The notes under the pieces: model-generated
Databases searched by the model: none
What the model was told of the DNA's origin: nothing
Seen by the model: only the letters and a program-made list of their open reading frames with translations
Origin: Marvinbryantia sp.
Lineage (GTDB): Bacteria > Bacillota > Clostridia > Lachnospirales > Lachnospiraceae
Reading direction: 5' to 3'
Assembly: GCA_016297895.1 (NCBI GenBank)
Contig: JAEDFS010000001.1
Coordinates: 35,504 to 99,503, forward strand
DNA: 64,000 bases
Shown here: positions 20,451-30,049 of the stretch, one piece after another
How positions within the stretch are numbered: position 1 is the stretch's first letter
Layout of the letters: every line of letters begins with the position of its first letter
Position numbers and translations under genes: made by a program

Positions 20451-21197
20451 ATGAGAGAAGAACAGTTTTCCCGTACGGAGCTTTTATATGGAAAAGAAGC
20501 AGTAGAAAAGATCTGCGCCGCCAGAGTGGCAATCTTCGGTCTGGGCGGAGTGGGAGGATATGTGGCGGAAGCCCTGGCCAGAAGCGGGGTGGGTTCTTTT
20601 GATCTGATCGATAACGATACAGTATGTGAAAGCAACCTGAACCGTCAGATCATTGCCACCTGGGATACGGTAGGTATGGCGAAGACGGAAGCTGCACGGA
20701 ACAGGATCTTGTCCATCAACCCGGAGGCTGAGATTCGGGTACACAACTGCTTTTATCTGCCCCAGACCCGGTCGGAATTTGATTTCCGGCAATATTCCTA
20801 TGTGGTGGATGCCATCGATACAGTCACGGGAAAGATCGATCTCATCCTGGCGGCCAAAGAAGCGGGAGTGCCGGTGATCTCCGCTATGGGGGCAGGCAAT
20901 AAAATTCATCCCTCAGCCTTTGAAGTGGCAGACATTTATCAGACCTCTGTATGCCCGCTGGCCAAGGTCATGCGCCGGGAACTGAAAAAACGCGGCGTAA
21001 AAGATCTGAAAGTCGTCTATTCCAGAGAAGAGCCGCGGAAACATGCAGCGGATACAGATGAGGAAAGGCTCCGGCAGGAGCGGCTGAAGTCGGAAAGTAC
21101 CCGCCGCAGCACACCCGGGAGCACAGCTTTCTGCCCCTCCGTGGCCGGACTGATCATGGCAGGAGAGATTGTAAACGACCTGACGGGGATGCAGTAA
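20451..21197 (+). CDS. tcdA: tRNA threonylcarbamoyladenosine dehydratase (ThiF family)
   Basis: FSRTELL, GLGGVGG, SNLNRQ, YVVDAID, CPLAKVMR, VVYS.E. Confidence 0.9.
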   Translation: MREEQFSRTELLYGKEAVEKICAARVAIFGLGGVGGYVAEALARSGVGSFDLIDNDTVCESNLNRQIIATWDTVGMAKTEAARNRILSINPEAEIRVHNCFYLPQTRSEFDFRQYSYVVDAIDTVTGKIDLILAAKEAGVPVISAMGAGNKIHPSAFEVADIYQTSVCPLAKVMRRELKKRGVKDLKVVYSREEPRKHAADTDEERLRQERLKSESTRRSTPGSTAFCPSVAGLIMAGEIVNDLTGMQ

Positions 21198-21209
21198 GAT
21201 ACCATGACA

Positions 21210-21278
21210 ACACATGGGGGTTCGAACTTCCACAAGAAAGCGTGTTAGCTTTCGGTGGAAGTCCGGACCCCCATGTGT
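21210..21278. repeat. long imperfect palindrome between convergent tcdA and livF
   Basis: ACACATGGGGG-ttcga-ACTTCCAC-aa-GAAAGC-gtgtta-GCTTTC-g-GTGGAAGT-ccgga-CCCCCATGTGT; no U-tract. Confidence 0.8.
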
Positions 21279-21316
21279 GTTAGAACCTGTCAGGATAAAG
21301 TCATTTTCCGATGCAT

Positions 21317-22021
21317 TTATTTTTTCTTACCAAGATAAGCCGCCTTGATGGACTCATCCGCCAGCAGCTCGTTTCCGCTGCCCTGTTTTGTGATCTGCCC
21401 GGTTTCCATGACATAGGCAAGGTCAGCACAGTGAAGAGCCATATTGGCATTCTGCTCGATCAGAAGGATCGTTACCCCCTGTTTGTTGATCTCTTTGATA
21501 ATGTCGAAGATGCCCTGTACGATAATGGGTGCCAGACCAAGAGAGGGCTCATCCATCATCATCAGTTTGGGACGGCTCATCAGAGCTCTTGCCACAGCCA
21601 GCATCTGCTGTTCTCCACCGGAAAGTGTACCGGCCATCTGCCAGCTTCTCTCTTTTAACCGGGGAAACAGATCATAGACCCAGTTGATATCGTCATCCAG
21701 ATTATCTTTTCTTAAATAGGCGCCGATCTTGATATTTTCCAGAACGGTCATATCAGGAAAGACATGGCGTCCTTCCGGTACCAGCGTAATTCCCCTGGAG
21801 ATAATGGAATGAGTATCTGCTCCGGTAATGTCATCTCCCAGAAAACGGATAGATCCGGAGGATGGTTTCTTCAGTCCGGAAATAGTCCTAAGTGTGGTGC
21901 TTTTTCCGGCGCCGTTAGCACCGATCAGTGTTACGATTGATTTTTCCGGAACCTCAAAGGAGATACCCTTGACAGCCTCGATTCCGCCATAGTTTACTTT
22001 TAAATCATTAATCTTCAGCAT
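21317..22021 (-). CDS. livF: branched-chain amino acid ABC transporter ATPase
   Basis: GANGAGKST, LVPEGR, LSGGEQQM, DEPSLGLAP, IEQNA. Confidence 0.95.
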   Translation of the reverse strand: MLKINDLKVNYGGIEAVKGISFEVPEKSIVTLIGANGAGKSTTLRTISGLKKPSSGSIRFLGDDITGADTHSIISRGITLVPEGRHVFPDMTVLENIKIGAYLRKDNLDDDINWVYDLFPRLKERSWQMAGTLSGGEQQMLAVARALMSRPKLMMMDEPSLGLAPIIVQGIFDIIKEINKQGVTILLIEQNANMALHCADLAYVMETGQITKQGSGNELLADESIKAAYLGKKK

Positions 22022-22856
22022 CGTGTGTCACCCCCAGATAAGCTTCGATTACCCGTTCATTGTTCTGAACTTCTTCCGGTGTGCCCTGTGCGATCAGTCG
22101 GCCAAAATCCAGTACATAGATACGGTCGGATATTTCCATGACCAGATCCATATGATGTTCGATCATGAAAATAGAGAGGTCATAATCTTTTCGGATCTGA
22201 GCAATAAACTCGGTCAGTTCCAGTGTCTCCTGCGGGTTCATACCGGCTGCCGGTTCATCCAGCAGAAGGAGAGAAGGTTCGGTAGCCAGTGCCCGGGCAA
22301 TTTCCAGATGACGCTGAAGTCCATAGGGAAGAGAGGATGCGATCTCATCCTTTAAGTGGGCAAGATTCTGCATTTCCAGAAGCTCCATGGTTTCTTTGCG
22401 CATCCGCTGTTCTTCTTTGTAATTCAGACGAAGGGCAGCAGTCAGAAAATTCTGTTTCGCTCGCATATGCTTTGCAATCAGTACATTGTCAAATACAGTC
22501 AGATTGCCGAAAAGACGGATATTCTGGAAGGTTCTGGCAATTCCCATTTTTGTGATCTGGTCGGGAGTTTTGATCAGAGGCTTTACGTCAGCCGCCGGCA
22601 CATCCCCGGCATAGAGCTTTTTCATTTTTCCTTTCGGAGAGTTGCGAAGTATGGTCTGGCCATTGAAGGAAACCTCTCCGTAAGTGGGTTCGTAAATACC
22701 GGTCACGCAGTTAAAGGCAGTGGTTTTTCCGGCACCATTGGGGCCGATCAGAGCCACGATCTCTCCTTTGTTGACATCAAGAGAGAGGCCATTGACGGCT
22801 ACCACACCACCAAACTGCATGGTTACATGTTCCATATGAAGTACGTTTTCAGCCAT
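22008..22856 (-). CDS. livG: branched-chain amino acid ABC transporter ATPase
   Basis: GPNGAGKTT, ARTFQNIRLF, LPYG.QR.LEIARA, DEPAAGMN, EHHM. Confidence 0.95.
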   Translation of the reverse strand: MAENVLHMEHVTMQFGGVVAVNGLSLDVNKGEIVALIGPNGAGKTTAFNCVTGIYEPTYGEVSFNGQTILRNSPKGKMKKLYAGDVPAADVKPLIKTPDQITKMGIARTFQNIRLFGNLTVFDNVLIAKHMRAKQNFLTAALRLNYKEEQRMRKETMELLEMQNLAHLKDEIASSLPYGLQRHLEIARALATEPSLLLLDEPAAGMNPQETLELTEFIAQIRKDYDLSIFMIEHHMDLVMEISDRIYVLDFGRLIAQGTPEEVQNNERVIEAYLGVTHDAED

Positions 22857-23938
22857 TATGCCTCACCTCCTGTGGTTTCTTTTTTCCTCTTTCGTTTAAA
22901 TAATCCGAACAGTCCTTCCCAGGTAAACTCTTTATTTCCCATGATACCGCGTCTCCAGAACAATACCACAACCATCAGAAGCACAGAATAGATGACCATA
23001 CGGAAACCAGTACGGAACAGCGGGATCTCTACACCGCCGATCGCCAGTGGTTCATCGAAGAAACGAAGCCATTCCTGGCCGCCATTGATGAGGAAAGAAC
23101 CGATGATGGAACCGGTGACACTTCCGATACCTCCCAGGACAACGATCAGAAGGATATTGTAGGTCAGAGTCACCTGGAAAGTCTTGGTATCAATGGAACG
23201 CATATAAATCCCAAGCAGACCGCCTGCGATTCCTGTAAAGAAAGAGGAAACGACAAATGCCAGCTGTTTGTGACGAAACAGATTGATTCCCATGGATTCT
23301 GCAGCGATGTCATCTTCGCGAATGGCTTTGAAAGCACGGCCATAGGAAGAATTGATCATCAGCACCATCAGAAGGATACATACGGCGGAAAGGATCACAG
23401 GTTCAAAGATGTTTTTGAAAGCCGGAATATTGTTCAGACCGAAGGAACCGTTTGTGATGGTATCCATTGCCGGGGAAGCCAGGAACGCACGGATGATCTC
23501 CGCAAATCCCAGAGTTGCAATAGCAAGGTAGTCACTTTTCAGACGCAGTACCGGAATACCGATCAGAGCTGCAAAAGCAGCGGCTACAAGACCGCCCAGA
23601 ATCAGAGCGGGAATCATAGGCAGATGGAGATTTTCCAGCCAGGGCGCAATTCCATTTACATAATATACATTCTGACGAACTTCCACAGGAATGGTTAAAA
23701 TGGCGGTGGTATAAGCACCCAGAGCCATAAACCCTGCCTGGCCTAAGGAAAACAGTCCGGTAAATCCGGTCAGCATATTCATAGCCACAGCTACCACGGC
23801 GTAGATAGCGGAACGCTCAATGATGGAGATGGCGTAGGAATGGCTGGAGCTGTCTGCCTGAAGCCATGCCAGGATGCCGCCCACTGCGGCTGCCAGCAAT
23901 GCACTTAATATAATATCTCTTGTTCTTTTCTTGTTCAT
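22856..23938 (-). CDS. livM: branched-chain amino acid ABC transporter permease
   Basis: G.FSLGQAGF, LRLKSDYLAIATLGF.EI, GRAFKAIREDDIAA, VVLGGIGS. Confidence 0.93.
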   Translation of the reverse strand: MNKKRTRDIILSALLAAAVGGILAWLQADSSSHSYAISIIERSAIYAVVAVAMNMLTGFTGLFSLGQAGFMALGAYTTAILTIPVEVRQNVYYVNGIAPWLENLHLPMIPALILGGLVAAAFAALIGIPVLRLKSDYLAIATLGFAEIIRAFLASPAMDTITNGSFGLNNIPAFKNIFEPVILSAVCILLMVLMINSSYGRAFKAIREDDIAAESMGINLFRHKQLAFVVSSFFTGIAGGLLGIYMRSIDTKTFQVTLTYNILLIVVLGGIGSVTGSIIGSFLINGGQEWLRFFDEPLAIGGVEIPLFRTGFRMVIYSVLLMVVVLFWRRGIMGNKEFTWEGLFGLFKRKRKKETTGGEA

Positions 23939-23950
23939 GATATCCGCCTC

Positions 23951-24832
23951 CTATACTTTATCTGTGGTCGCTTCACCAAAGATACCGGTGGGACGAACCA
24001 GAAGAATGATGATCAGCAGCAGGAACGTAAACGCATCGGAATAAGTGGAGTAACCCATGGCAACCAGCATGGTTTCGCAGATACCGATGATGAAACCTCC
24101 GATGACAGCGCCTGGAATGGATCCGATACCACCAAGTACTGCGGCTACGAAACATTTCAGTCCCGGAAGGGAGCCGGAGAAGGGGTAGACCGTCATACGG
24201 TCCGTGAAGTAAAGGATGGAGCCCACTGCCGCCAGAAGGCTGCCGATCACAAAAGTCATGGAGATGGTAGAGTCCACTTTGATACCCATCAGTCTTGCTG
24301 TCTCTGTGTCCTTGGATACGGCTCTCATTGCCATACCGATCTTTGTATGGTTGATGAGCTGGATCAGAAGGATGACCAGGATTACCGTAAGGACCGGTGT
24401 GATCAGTGTGACCAGAGATGCGGAAATGTCACCGAACTGGAAGATCTTCTTCAGGAAAGGAATCTCCGGATAAGATTTGGGCAGTGCGGTAAACAGGTAA
24501 GTCGCAAGATTCTGCAGCAGGTAGCTGACGCCGATGGCAGAGATCATAATGGACATTCTGGGTGAGGAACGAAGAGGTTTGTAAGCTGCCTTTTCAATCA
24601 TGACACCCAGTGCGACGGTACCGATCAGTACAATGGGAATTGCAATAAACCATGGAAAAGATGCCATGGCAAAAATCATAAAATAGCCGGCCATCATAAA
24701 GATGTCACCGTGGGCAAAATTGATCAGGCGCAGGATACCGTAGACCATGGTGTATCCGATCGCAATCAGCGCATAGGCGCCGCCCAGTGAAATACCGGTC
24801 AGTAAATGTTGGATGAGAGTTGTGCCACTCAT
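23951..24832 (-). CDS. livH: branched-chain amino acid ABC transporter permease
   Basis: YALIAIGYTMVYG..LINFAHGD, G.AMRAV, AAVLGGIGS, RPTGIFG. Confidence 0.94.
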   Translation of the reverse strand: MSGTTLIQHLLTGISLGGAYALIAIGYTMVYGILRLINFAHGDIFMMAGYFMIFAMASFPWFIAIPIVLIGTVALGVMIEKAAYKPLRSSPRMSIMISAIGVSYLLQNLATYLFTALPKSYPEIPFLKKIFQFGDISASLVTLITPVLTVILVILLIQLINHTKIGMAMRAVSKDTETARLMGIKVDSTISMTFVIGSLLAAVGSILYFTDRMTVYPFSGSLPGLKCFVAAVLGGIGSIPGAVIGGFIIGICETMLVAMGYSTYSDAFTFLLLIIILLVRPTGIFGEATTDKV

Positions 24833-24849
24833 TGATAAGCCTCCTGTGT

Positions 24850-24890
24850 AAAACTGAAAAATGAGGGCGAAGAATCAAGGCTTCGCCCTC
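24850..24890 (-). terminator. intra-operon hairpin after the binding-protein gene (partial terminator or mRNA stabiliser)
   Basis: GAGGGCGAAG/CTTCGCCCTC stem (24863-24890), followed on the minus strand by ATTTTTCAGTTTT. Confidence 0.65.
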
Positions 24891-24921
24891 TTGATTAATA
24901 TTAGTTCTTTATTTGTAGTTC

Positions 24922-26100
24922 TTACTGAACGGTAACGGTCTTCAGGAACTCGAATTTACCGTCTTTTACGATATCGATGTAAGCGGTATCCTTGTTGGCA
25001 TCACCGATCTCATTGAATGTGATCTTACCGGTTACGCCGTCCATCTCGATGGTCTGAAGAGCTGCTTTTATAGCTTCTCCGTCTGTGGACTGAGCTGCCT
25101 CGATGGCATCCAGAATGACGTTGTATGTATCAAAGCAAAGAGCGGTATTTCCTACGATTGCATCGTTTCCGCCGTTGTTTTCGATACGCTTGCTGTCAGC
25201 GTTCATCCATTCTTTGTAGCCTTTTACGAAATCAACTGCAATTGCGTTGGATTCATCTGCTTCATCAAAGAAGGTGGAGCATACCATGCCTTCGCACTCA
25301 GCAGCACCGGCATTGTCGATGATGGTGGAGTTATACCAGGTATCACCTGCCATAAACGGTGCTTCAATACCAAGCTCACGTGCCTGTTTGATTACCAGGG
25401 GAGCTGTTGTGATAGAAGTAGGAGCGAAGATCGCTTCTGCGCCGGATGCCTTGATCTCTGTCAGGACAGCCTTGAAATCAGACTGGTTGGTCTGGAACTG
25501 CTGCTCGGATACGATGGTGCCGCCCAGAGATGCAAACTGTTTCTTAAAGAATGCTGCAAGACCTGTGGAGTAGTCATCGCCAAGCTGTTCGATGGTAGCA
25601 ACTTTGGTATAACCTTCGTCAAATGCGTACTGAGCCATTACGCTTCCCTGGAAGGGATCCAGGAAACATACACGGAAGTAGTAATCACATCCGGAAGTAA
25701 CCTGCGGATTCGTACAGGAGCATCCGATTGCAGGAATTTTGGCATCTGCAAAGATAGGGCCTGCTGCGATGGATACACCGGAACCGTAGGAACCCATAAC
25801 AGCAACGACACCGTCTGCCACCAGTTTCTGTGCAGCGGTAACTGCTTCTGTCTTATCGGATTTGTTATCAACTTCATCCAGTTCTACCGTATATTCTGTT
25901 CCGTCAATGGTAACGGTCGGTCTTAATTCATTTGCGTAGCGGGCACCCTGTAATTCCTGAAGTCCGCCGCCGCCGTTTTCACCTGTCTGCGGCTCAAATA
26001 CACCAATTTTAATTACGTCTTCAGCCATTGCTGCGGAGCTCATCATGGATACGCTCATTGCAACAGCAGCTACTGCGGATAATGCTTTTCTCAGTTTCAT
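24922..26100 (-). CDS. livK: branched-chain amino acid ABC transporter substrate-binding protein (LivK/LivJ)
   Basis: Signal peptide; IKIG..EP.TG, YFRVCFLDPFQG, DFKAVLT.IK, GVTG.ITF. ATG at 26100 after GGAGGAG. Confidence 0.9.
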   Translation of the reverse strand: MKLRKALSAVAAVAMSVSMMSSAAMAEDVIKIGVFEPQTGENGGGGLQELQGARYANELRPTVTIDGTEYTVELDEVDNKSDKTEAVTAAQKLVADGVVAVMGSYGSGVSIAAGPIFADAKIPAIGCSCTNPQVTSGCDYYFRVCFLDPFQGSVMAQYAFDEGYTKVATIEQLGDDYSTGLAAFFKKQFASLGGTIVSEQQFQTNQSDFKAVLTEIKASGAEAIFAPTSITTAPLVIKQARELGIEAPFMAGDTWYNSTIIDNAGAAECEGMVCSTFFDEADESNAIAVDFVKGYKEWMNADSKRIENNGGNDAIVGNTALCFDTYNVILDAIEAAQSTDGEAIKAALQTIEMDGVTGKITFNEIGDANKDTAYIDIVKDGKFEFLKTVTVQ

Positions 26101-26170
26101 TTTTTCTCCTCCTTCAATTGCTGACTTTACAAGGAAGACAGCTGTCTTTCCTATAAAAACATTTTTATAT

Positions 26171-26199
26171 ATTATACGAAAGATACAGGAAAAAGGCAA
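26171..26199 (-). promoter_or_regulatory. sigma-A promoter of the liv operon
   Basis: Minus strand TTGCCT-17 nt-TATAAT. Confidence 0.7.
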
Positions 26200-26350
26200 G
26201 GATTTCTTTTAAAAACTGCGATGAAAAGAATTGGATGGATTAATTTGAACAAATGATACCGTTCCTGTGCAGATTTCCGGCTGGTTTTTTCCGGGTGGTC
26301 ATGTTATACTGTCAGAGAAAAGAACCAGGAATTGAGACAGGAGAGACAGT

Positions 26351-27625
26351 ATGCTGATCATTAAAAATGCAAAGATCCTGGATCCGGCCAGCGGCTTTGA
26401 TCGGACAGGGGACATTGAAGTAGAAAACGGCAGAATCACCATGCTTGGAGGAAGCAGTGACCGGCCTTTAAAAAAAGGAGATCAGGTGATCGATGCGGCG
26501 GGAATGACCGTGGCACCGGGGCTTATTGATACCCATGTTCATTTCCGGGATCCCGGATTTACTTATAAGGAAGACATCTTTACCGGTGCCCGTGCTGCGG
26601 CAGCGGGGGGATTTACCACAGTGGTTTGTATGGCTAATACAAAGCCGGTGGCAGATAATGAAAAAACAGTTTCCTATATTATGGAGAAGGCAGCAAAGAC
26701 AGGGATCCATGTGCTGACAGCTGCAGCGGTTTCCAGAAATTTTGAGGGAAAAGAACTGACGGATTTTCAGAAACTGATGGAATGCGGAGCGGTGGGATTT
26801 ACCGATGACGGGATTCCTCTGAAAGATGGGGAGCTGGTGGAAAAAGCCATGATGCTGGCAGCGCAGCTGAATGTCCCCATCAGTCTCCATGAGGAAGATC
26901 CGGCGATGATCGAACGGCCGGGCGTGAATAAAGGAAAGGTATCGGAGATTCTGGGATACGGAGGGGCGTCTTCGGCATCCGAGTATACCATGGTACGAAG
27001 AGACTGTGAGCTGGCATTAAAGACCCGGGCAGATGTAGTGATTCAGCATATCAGTGCGGCGGAAACCGTGGATATCATCCGGGATTACTGGCATCGGGGG
27101 GCAAAAGTCCACGGGGAAGTGACACCCCAGCATTTTTCACTGACAGAAGAGATCGTGCTGGAAAAAGGAAGCCTTGCAAGGGTGAATCCTCCCATCCGTA
27201 CGGAAAGAGACAGACAGGCTCTCATAGAAGGCCTCAAAGACGGCACCCTGGATATCATATCTACCGATCATGCACCCCACAGCAGAGAGGAAAAAGAAAA
27301 AGACATCAAAGAGGCACCCAGCGGGATGATCGGACTGGAGACCTCATTAGCCCTTGGCATTACCAGTCTGGTGAAGCCGGGCCATCTGGATCTGATGACT
27401 CTGCTGGAAAAGATGACCGTTAATCCGGCAGGGCTTTATCATCTGGATGCGGGGACCCTCAGGGAAGGCGGACGGGCAGATATGGTGATTTTTGATGAGA
27501 AGGAAACCTGGACGGTAGGGGATCATTTTCATTCAAAGTCCAACAATTCGCCTTTTATCGGAAAAGAACTTACGGGAAAAGTGAAATATACCATCTGTGA
27601 CGGCAGAGTGGTCTATCAGGATTAG
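26351..27625 (+). CDS. pyrC: dihydroorotase
   Basis: PGLIDTHVHFRDPG, AAAGGFTTV, VNPPIR, TDHAPH, P.G.IGLET. Confidence 0.95.
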   Translation: MLIIKNAKILDPASGFDRTGDIEVENGRITMLGGSSDRPLKKGDQVIDAAGMTVAPGLIDTHVHFRDPGFTYKEDIFTGARAAAAGGFTTVVCMANTKPVADNEKTVSYIMEKAAKTGIHVLTAAAVSRNFEGKELTDFQKLMECGAVGFTDDGIPLKDGELVEKAMMLAAQLNVPISLHEEDPAMIERPGVNKGKVSEILGYGGASSASEYTMVRRDCELALKTRADVVIQHISAAETVDIIRDYWHRGAKVHGEVTPQHFSLTEEIVLEKGSLARVNPPIRTERDRQALIEGLKDGTLDIISTDHAPHSREEKEKDIKEAPSGMIGLETSLALGITSLVKPGHLDLMTLLEKMTVNPAGLYHLDAGTLREGGRADMVIFDEKETWTVGDHFHSKSNNSPFIGKELTGKVKYTICDGRVVYQD

Positions 27626-27646
27626 ATAACAGGAGGAAAAGCGGGA

Positions 27647-28366
27647 ATGGGAAAAATTTTGGAGAATCGGAAAGTAGATCAGGATTTTTACCTGATGACA
27701 GTGTCTGAAAAAAACACGGCGGCGATGGGACAGTTTTATATGCTGAGATGCTGGGAGGAGTATCCGGTTTTGAGCCGACCCATCAGTGTGTTTGATGCGA
27801 ATGAGGAGACGGTAAGCTTCTTATATAAAGTGGTGGGAAAGGGAACGGAACTGTTTACCCGTTTAAAAGCAGGAGATGAGATTACACTGGATGGTCCTCA
27901 CGGCAACGGATTTCCGGAACTGCCGGATAAGAAAAAGATTGCGCTGGTAGGAGGAGGAGTGGGAATCGCACCCCTGTATCTTGCTGCCAGGACCTACAAA
28001 GCTCAGAATCCGGACTGCAGAGTGGACATCTATCTGGGATTTTCCGGAGAACCGATCCTGGTGGAGGAATATCAGAAAGTGGCAGATCATGTGACTGTCA
28101 ATGTGGGGGGATTTGTGACAGACGATATCGATCCCACAGAATATGATGCCATTGTCACCTGCGGTCCCGGTATTATGATGAAGGTACTCTATGAAAAATG
28201 TGTGAAGACCGGCTGCAGTGCCCCGCTTTATGTGTCTATGGAAAACAGAATGGCCTGCGGCATCGGCGCCTGTCTGGTCTGCAGCTGCAAAACAAAAGAA
28301 GGAAATAAAAAAGTCTGCAAGGACGGACCGGTATTTTTAGGAAGCGAGGTGTTTGGCATTGAGTAA
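27647..28366 (+). CDS. pyrK: dihydroorotate dehydrogenase electron transfer subunit
   Basis: [41 protein letters not shown]. Confidence 0.95.
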   Translation: MGKILENRKVDQDFYLMTVSEKNTAAMGQFYMLRCWEEYPVLSRPISVFDANEETVSFLYKVVGKGTELFTRLKAGDEITLDGPHGNGFPELPDKKKIALVGGGVGIAPLYLAARTYKAQNPDCRVDIYLGFSGEPILVEEYQKVADHVTVNVGGFVTDDIDPTEYDAIVTCGPGIMMKVLYEKCVKTGCSAPLYVSMENRMACGIGACLVCSCKTKEGNKKVCKDGPVFLGSEVFGIE

Positions 28367-29264
28367 CAGATTAAAAACCACGTTTGCAGGAGTGGAATTT
28401 AAGAATCCGGTGGTACTGGCTTCCGGTACCTGCGGGTTTGGACGGGAACTGAATGAATATTTTGATATTGAAAGGCTGGGAGGTCTTTGTTCCAAAGGTC
28501 TTCTTTCCCATCCTCACGGCGGAAATGACGGAATCCGTATCTGGGAGACTGCCAGCGGGATCATGAACAGTGTGGGTCTGGAAAATCCGGGGGTGGATGC
28601 CTTCATCGAAAAGGATCTGGACTGGGTCAACAGTAAGAATCTGGTGAATATCGTGAACCTGGGCGGTCATTCCATAGAGGATTATATCGCCGGAGCGGAA
28701 AAACTTAATGAGGTGGACCTGGATCTGCTGGAGCTGAACATTTCCTGCCCAAACGTAAAAAGCGGAGGAATGAATTTCGGAACCAAGACAGAGGTAGCCC
28801 GTGAAATTGTCAGAAAGATCCGTTCTGTGACCAGACATAAAATGGTGGTGAAGCTCTCTCCCAATGCGGAGGATATCGTTTCTCTGGCAAAAATGTGTGA
28901 AGAAGAGGGAGCCGACGGTGTGTCCCTGACCAATACCTTCCTGGGTATGGCAATTGATATTGACCGGAAGAAGCCCATTTTCAACAATGTCTATGCGGGA
29001 CTTTCAGGTCCTGCCATCAAGCCTATTGCCCTTCGCATGGTACATCAGGTCTGCAAAAATGTGAATATTCCCGTAATGGGTCTTGGCGGGATCACGACCT
29101 GGCAGGATGCCATTGAGTTTATCATGGCGGGAGCGACGGTGATCCAGGTGGGAACAGCCACTTTCATGAAGCCGGATATCAGCATGGACATCATTGAAGG
29201 AATGGAAAATTACCTGGAAAAGAACGGATATGAAAGCATTGATGAAATCAGAGGAATCATATAA
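28359..29264 (+). CDS. pyrD: dihydroorotate dehydrogenase B, catalytic subunit
   Basis: [43 protein letters not shown] at 28359 lies 7 nt after GAGGTG. Confidence 0.95.
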   Translation: MSNRLKTTFAGVEFKNPVVLASGTCGFGRELNEYFDIERLGGLCSKGLLSHPHGGNDGIRIWETASGIMNSVGLENPGVDAFIEKDLDWVNSKNLVNIVNLGGHSIEDYIAGAEKLNEVDLDLLELNISCPNVKSGGMNFGTKTEVAREIVRKIRSVTRHKMVVKLSPNAEDIVSLAKMCEEEGADGVSLTNTFLGMAIDIDRKKPIFNNVYAGLSGPAIKPIALRMVHQVCKNVNIPVMGLGGITTWQDAIEFIMAGATVIQVGTATFMKPDISMDIIEGMENYLEKNGYESIDEIRGII

Positions 29265-29303
29265 CAGTTCCGTGAAAGGACAGAATCGCTGCAGAAATCA
29301 AAG

Positions 29304-29339
29304 TGCCGCAGGATCATCAAATCGGATGATCCTGCGGCA
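29304..29339. terminator. hairpin between convergent pyrD and a membrane-protein gene
   Basis: Perfect 15-bp inverted repeat TGCCGCAGGATCATC / GATGATCCTGCGGCA. Confidence 0.75.
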
Positions 29340-29344
29340 TCGCT

Positions 29345-29806
29345 TTACTTTGCGGATTTGTCTTTTTTATCTTTTTTGAATCTTGCAAAAAATCCTTTTT
29401 TCTTCGGAGCAGGCTGTTCCAGCGGGCCTCTTACACCTTTTACACCGGTGATATAAATACCGCTGACGGTTGCTTTTACTTCCTTCTTGACAGGAATCAG
29501 ATCGAAGATCTTTGCATCTGCCACCAGTGTCATGATCTTCGGGCCAACCTTTGCTTTTACGATGGGAAGCTTGGATCTTCTCATGAGTTTTGGAGTCTGA
29601 TCGATCACCATCTGAGGAAGACCGGAATCTTTGATTTTCATCATTTTCTTATCGATTACCAGCATGGACACGGTCTGCTTCATAGCTTCCATCTGTTCCT
29701 GCTGTTCCATTTGTTTTTTCTGAGCTTTCCGTCCGAAGAAATACAGAGCAACAAGTGCCACCACAAGGACGAGAAGAATAATAATGAGAACGTTTGCTAA
29801 TGACAT
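29345..29806 (-). CDS. hypothetical single-pass membrane protein
   Basis: N-terminal TM, basic soluble domain, RBS AAGGAGG, own promoter TTGCAC-17-TAAAAT (29865-29837). Confidence 0.85.
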   Translation of the reverse strand: MSLANVLIIILLVLVVALVALYFFGRKAQKKQMEQQEQMEAMKQTVSMLVIDKKMMKIKDSGLPQMVIDQTPKLMRRSKLPIVKAKVGPKIMTLVADAKIFDLIPVKKEVKATVSGIYITGVKGVRGPLEQPAPKKKGFFARFKKDKKDKSAK

Positions 29807-30049
29807 ATTTTTCCTCCTTCGCTATTCACTTTCCCCATTTTAGCATTCTTTTTTTTAAAGTGCAATAGGAACTGTATAAGACATTTGGACATATGGGGAT
29901 TTTAGTTACTGTTTCCTGTCAATTCCAGAACTGTGAAAAAACTGTGATACAGTTGTATTTTACGGGCAGATATGATAAAGTAAACTAAGGTATAGCCGCC
30001 TGAAAAGGAGACAGGTACAGGATAAGAGAAAAGAGGAACGGAGGAACAT

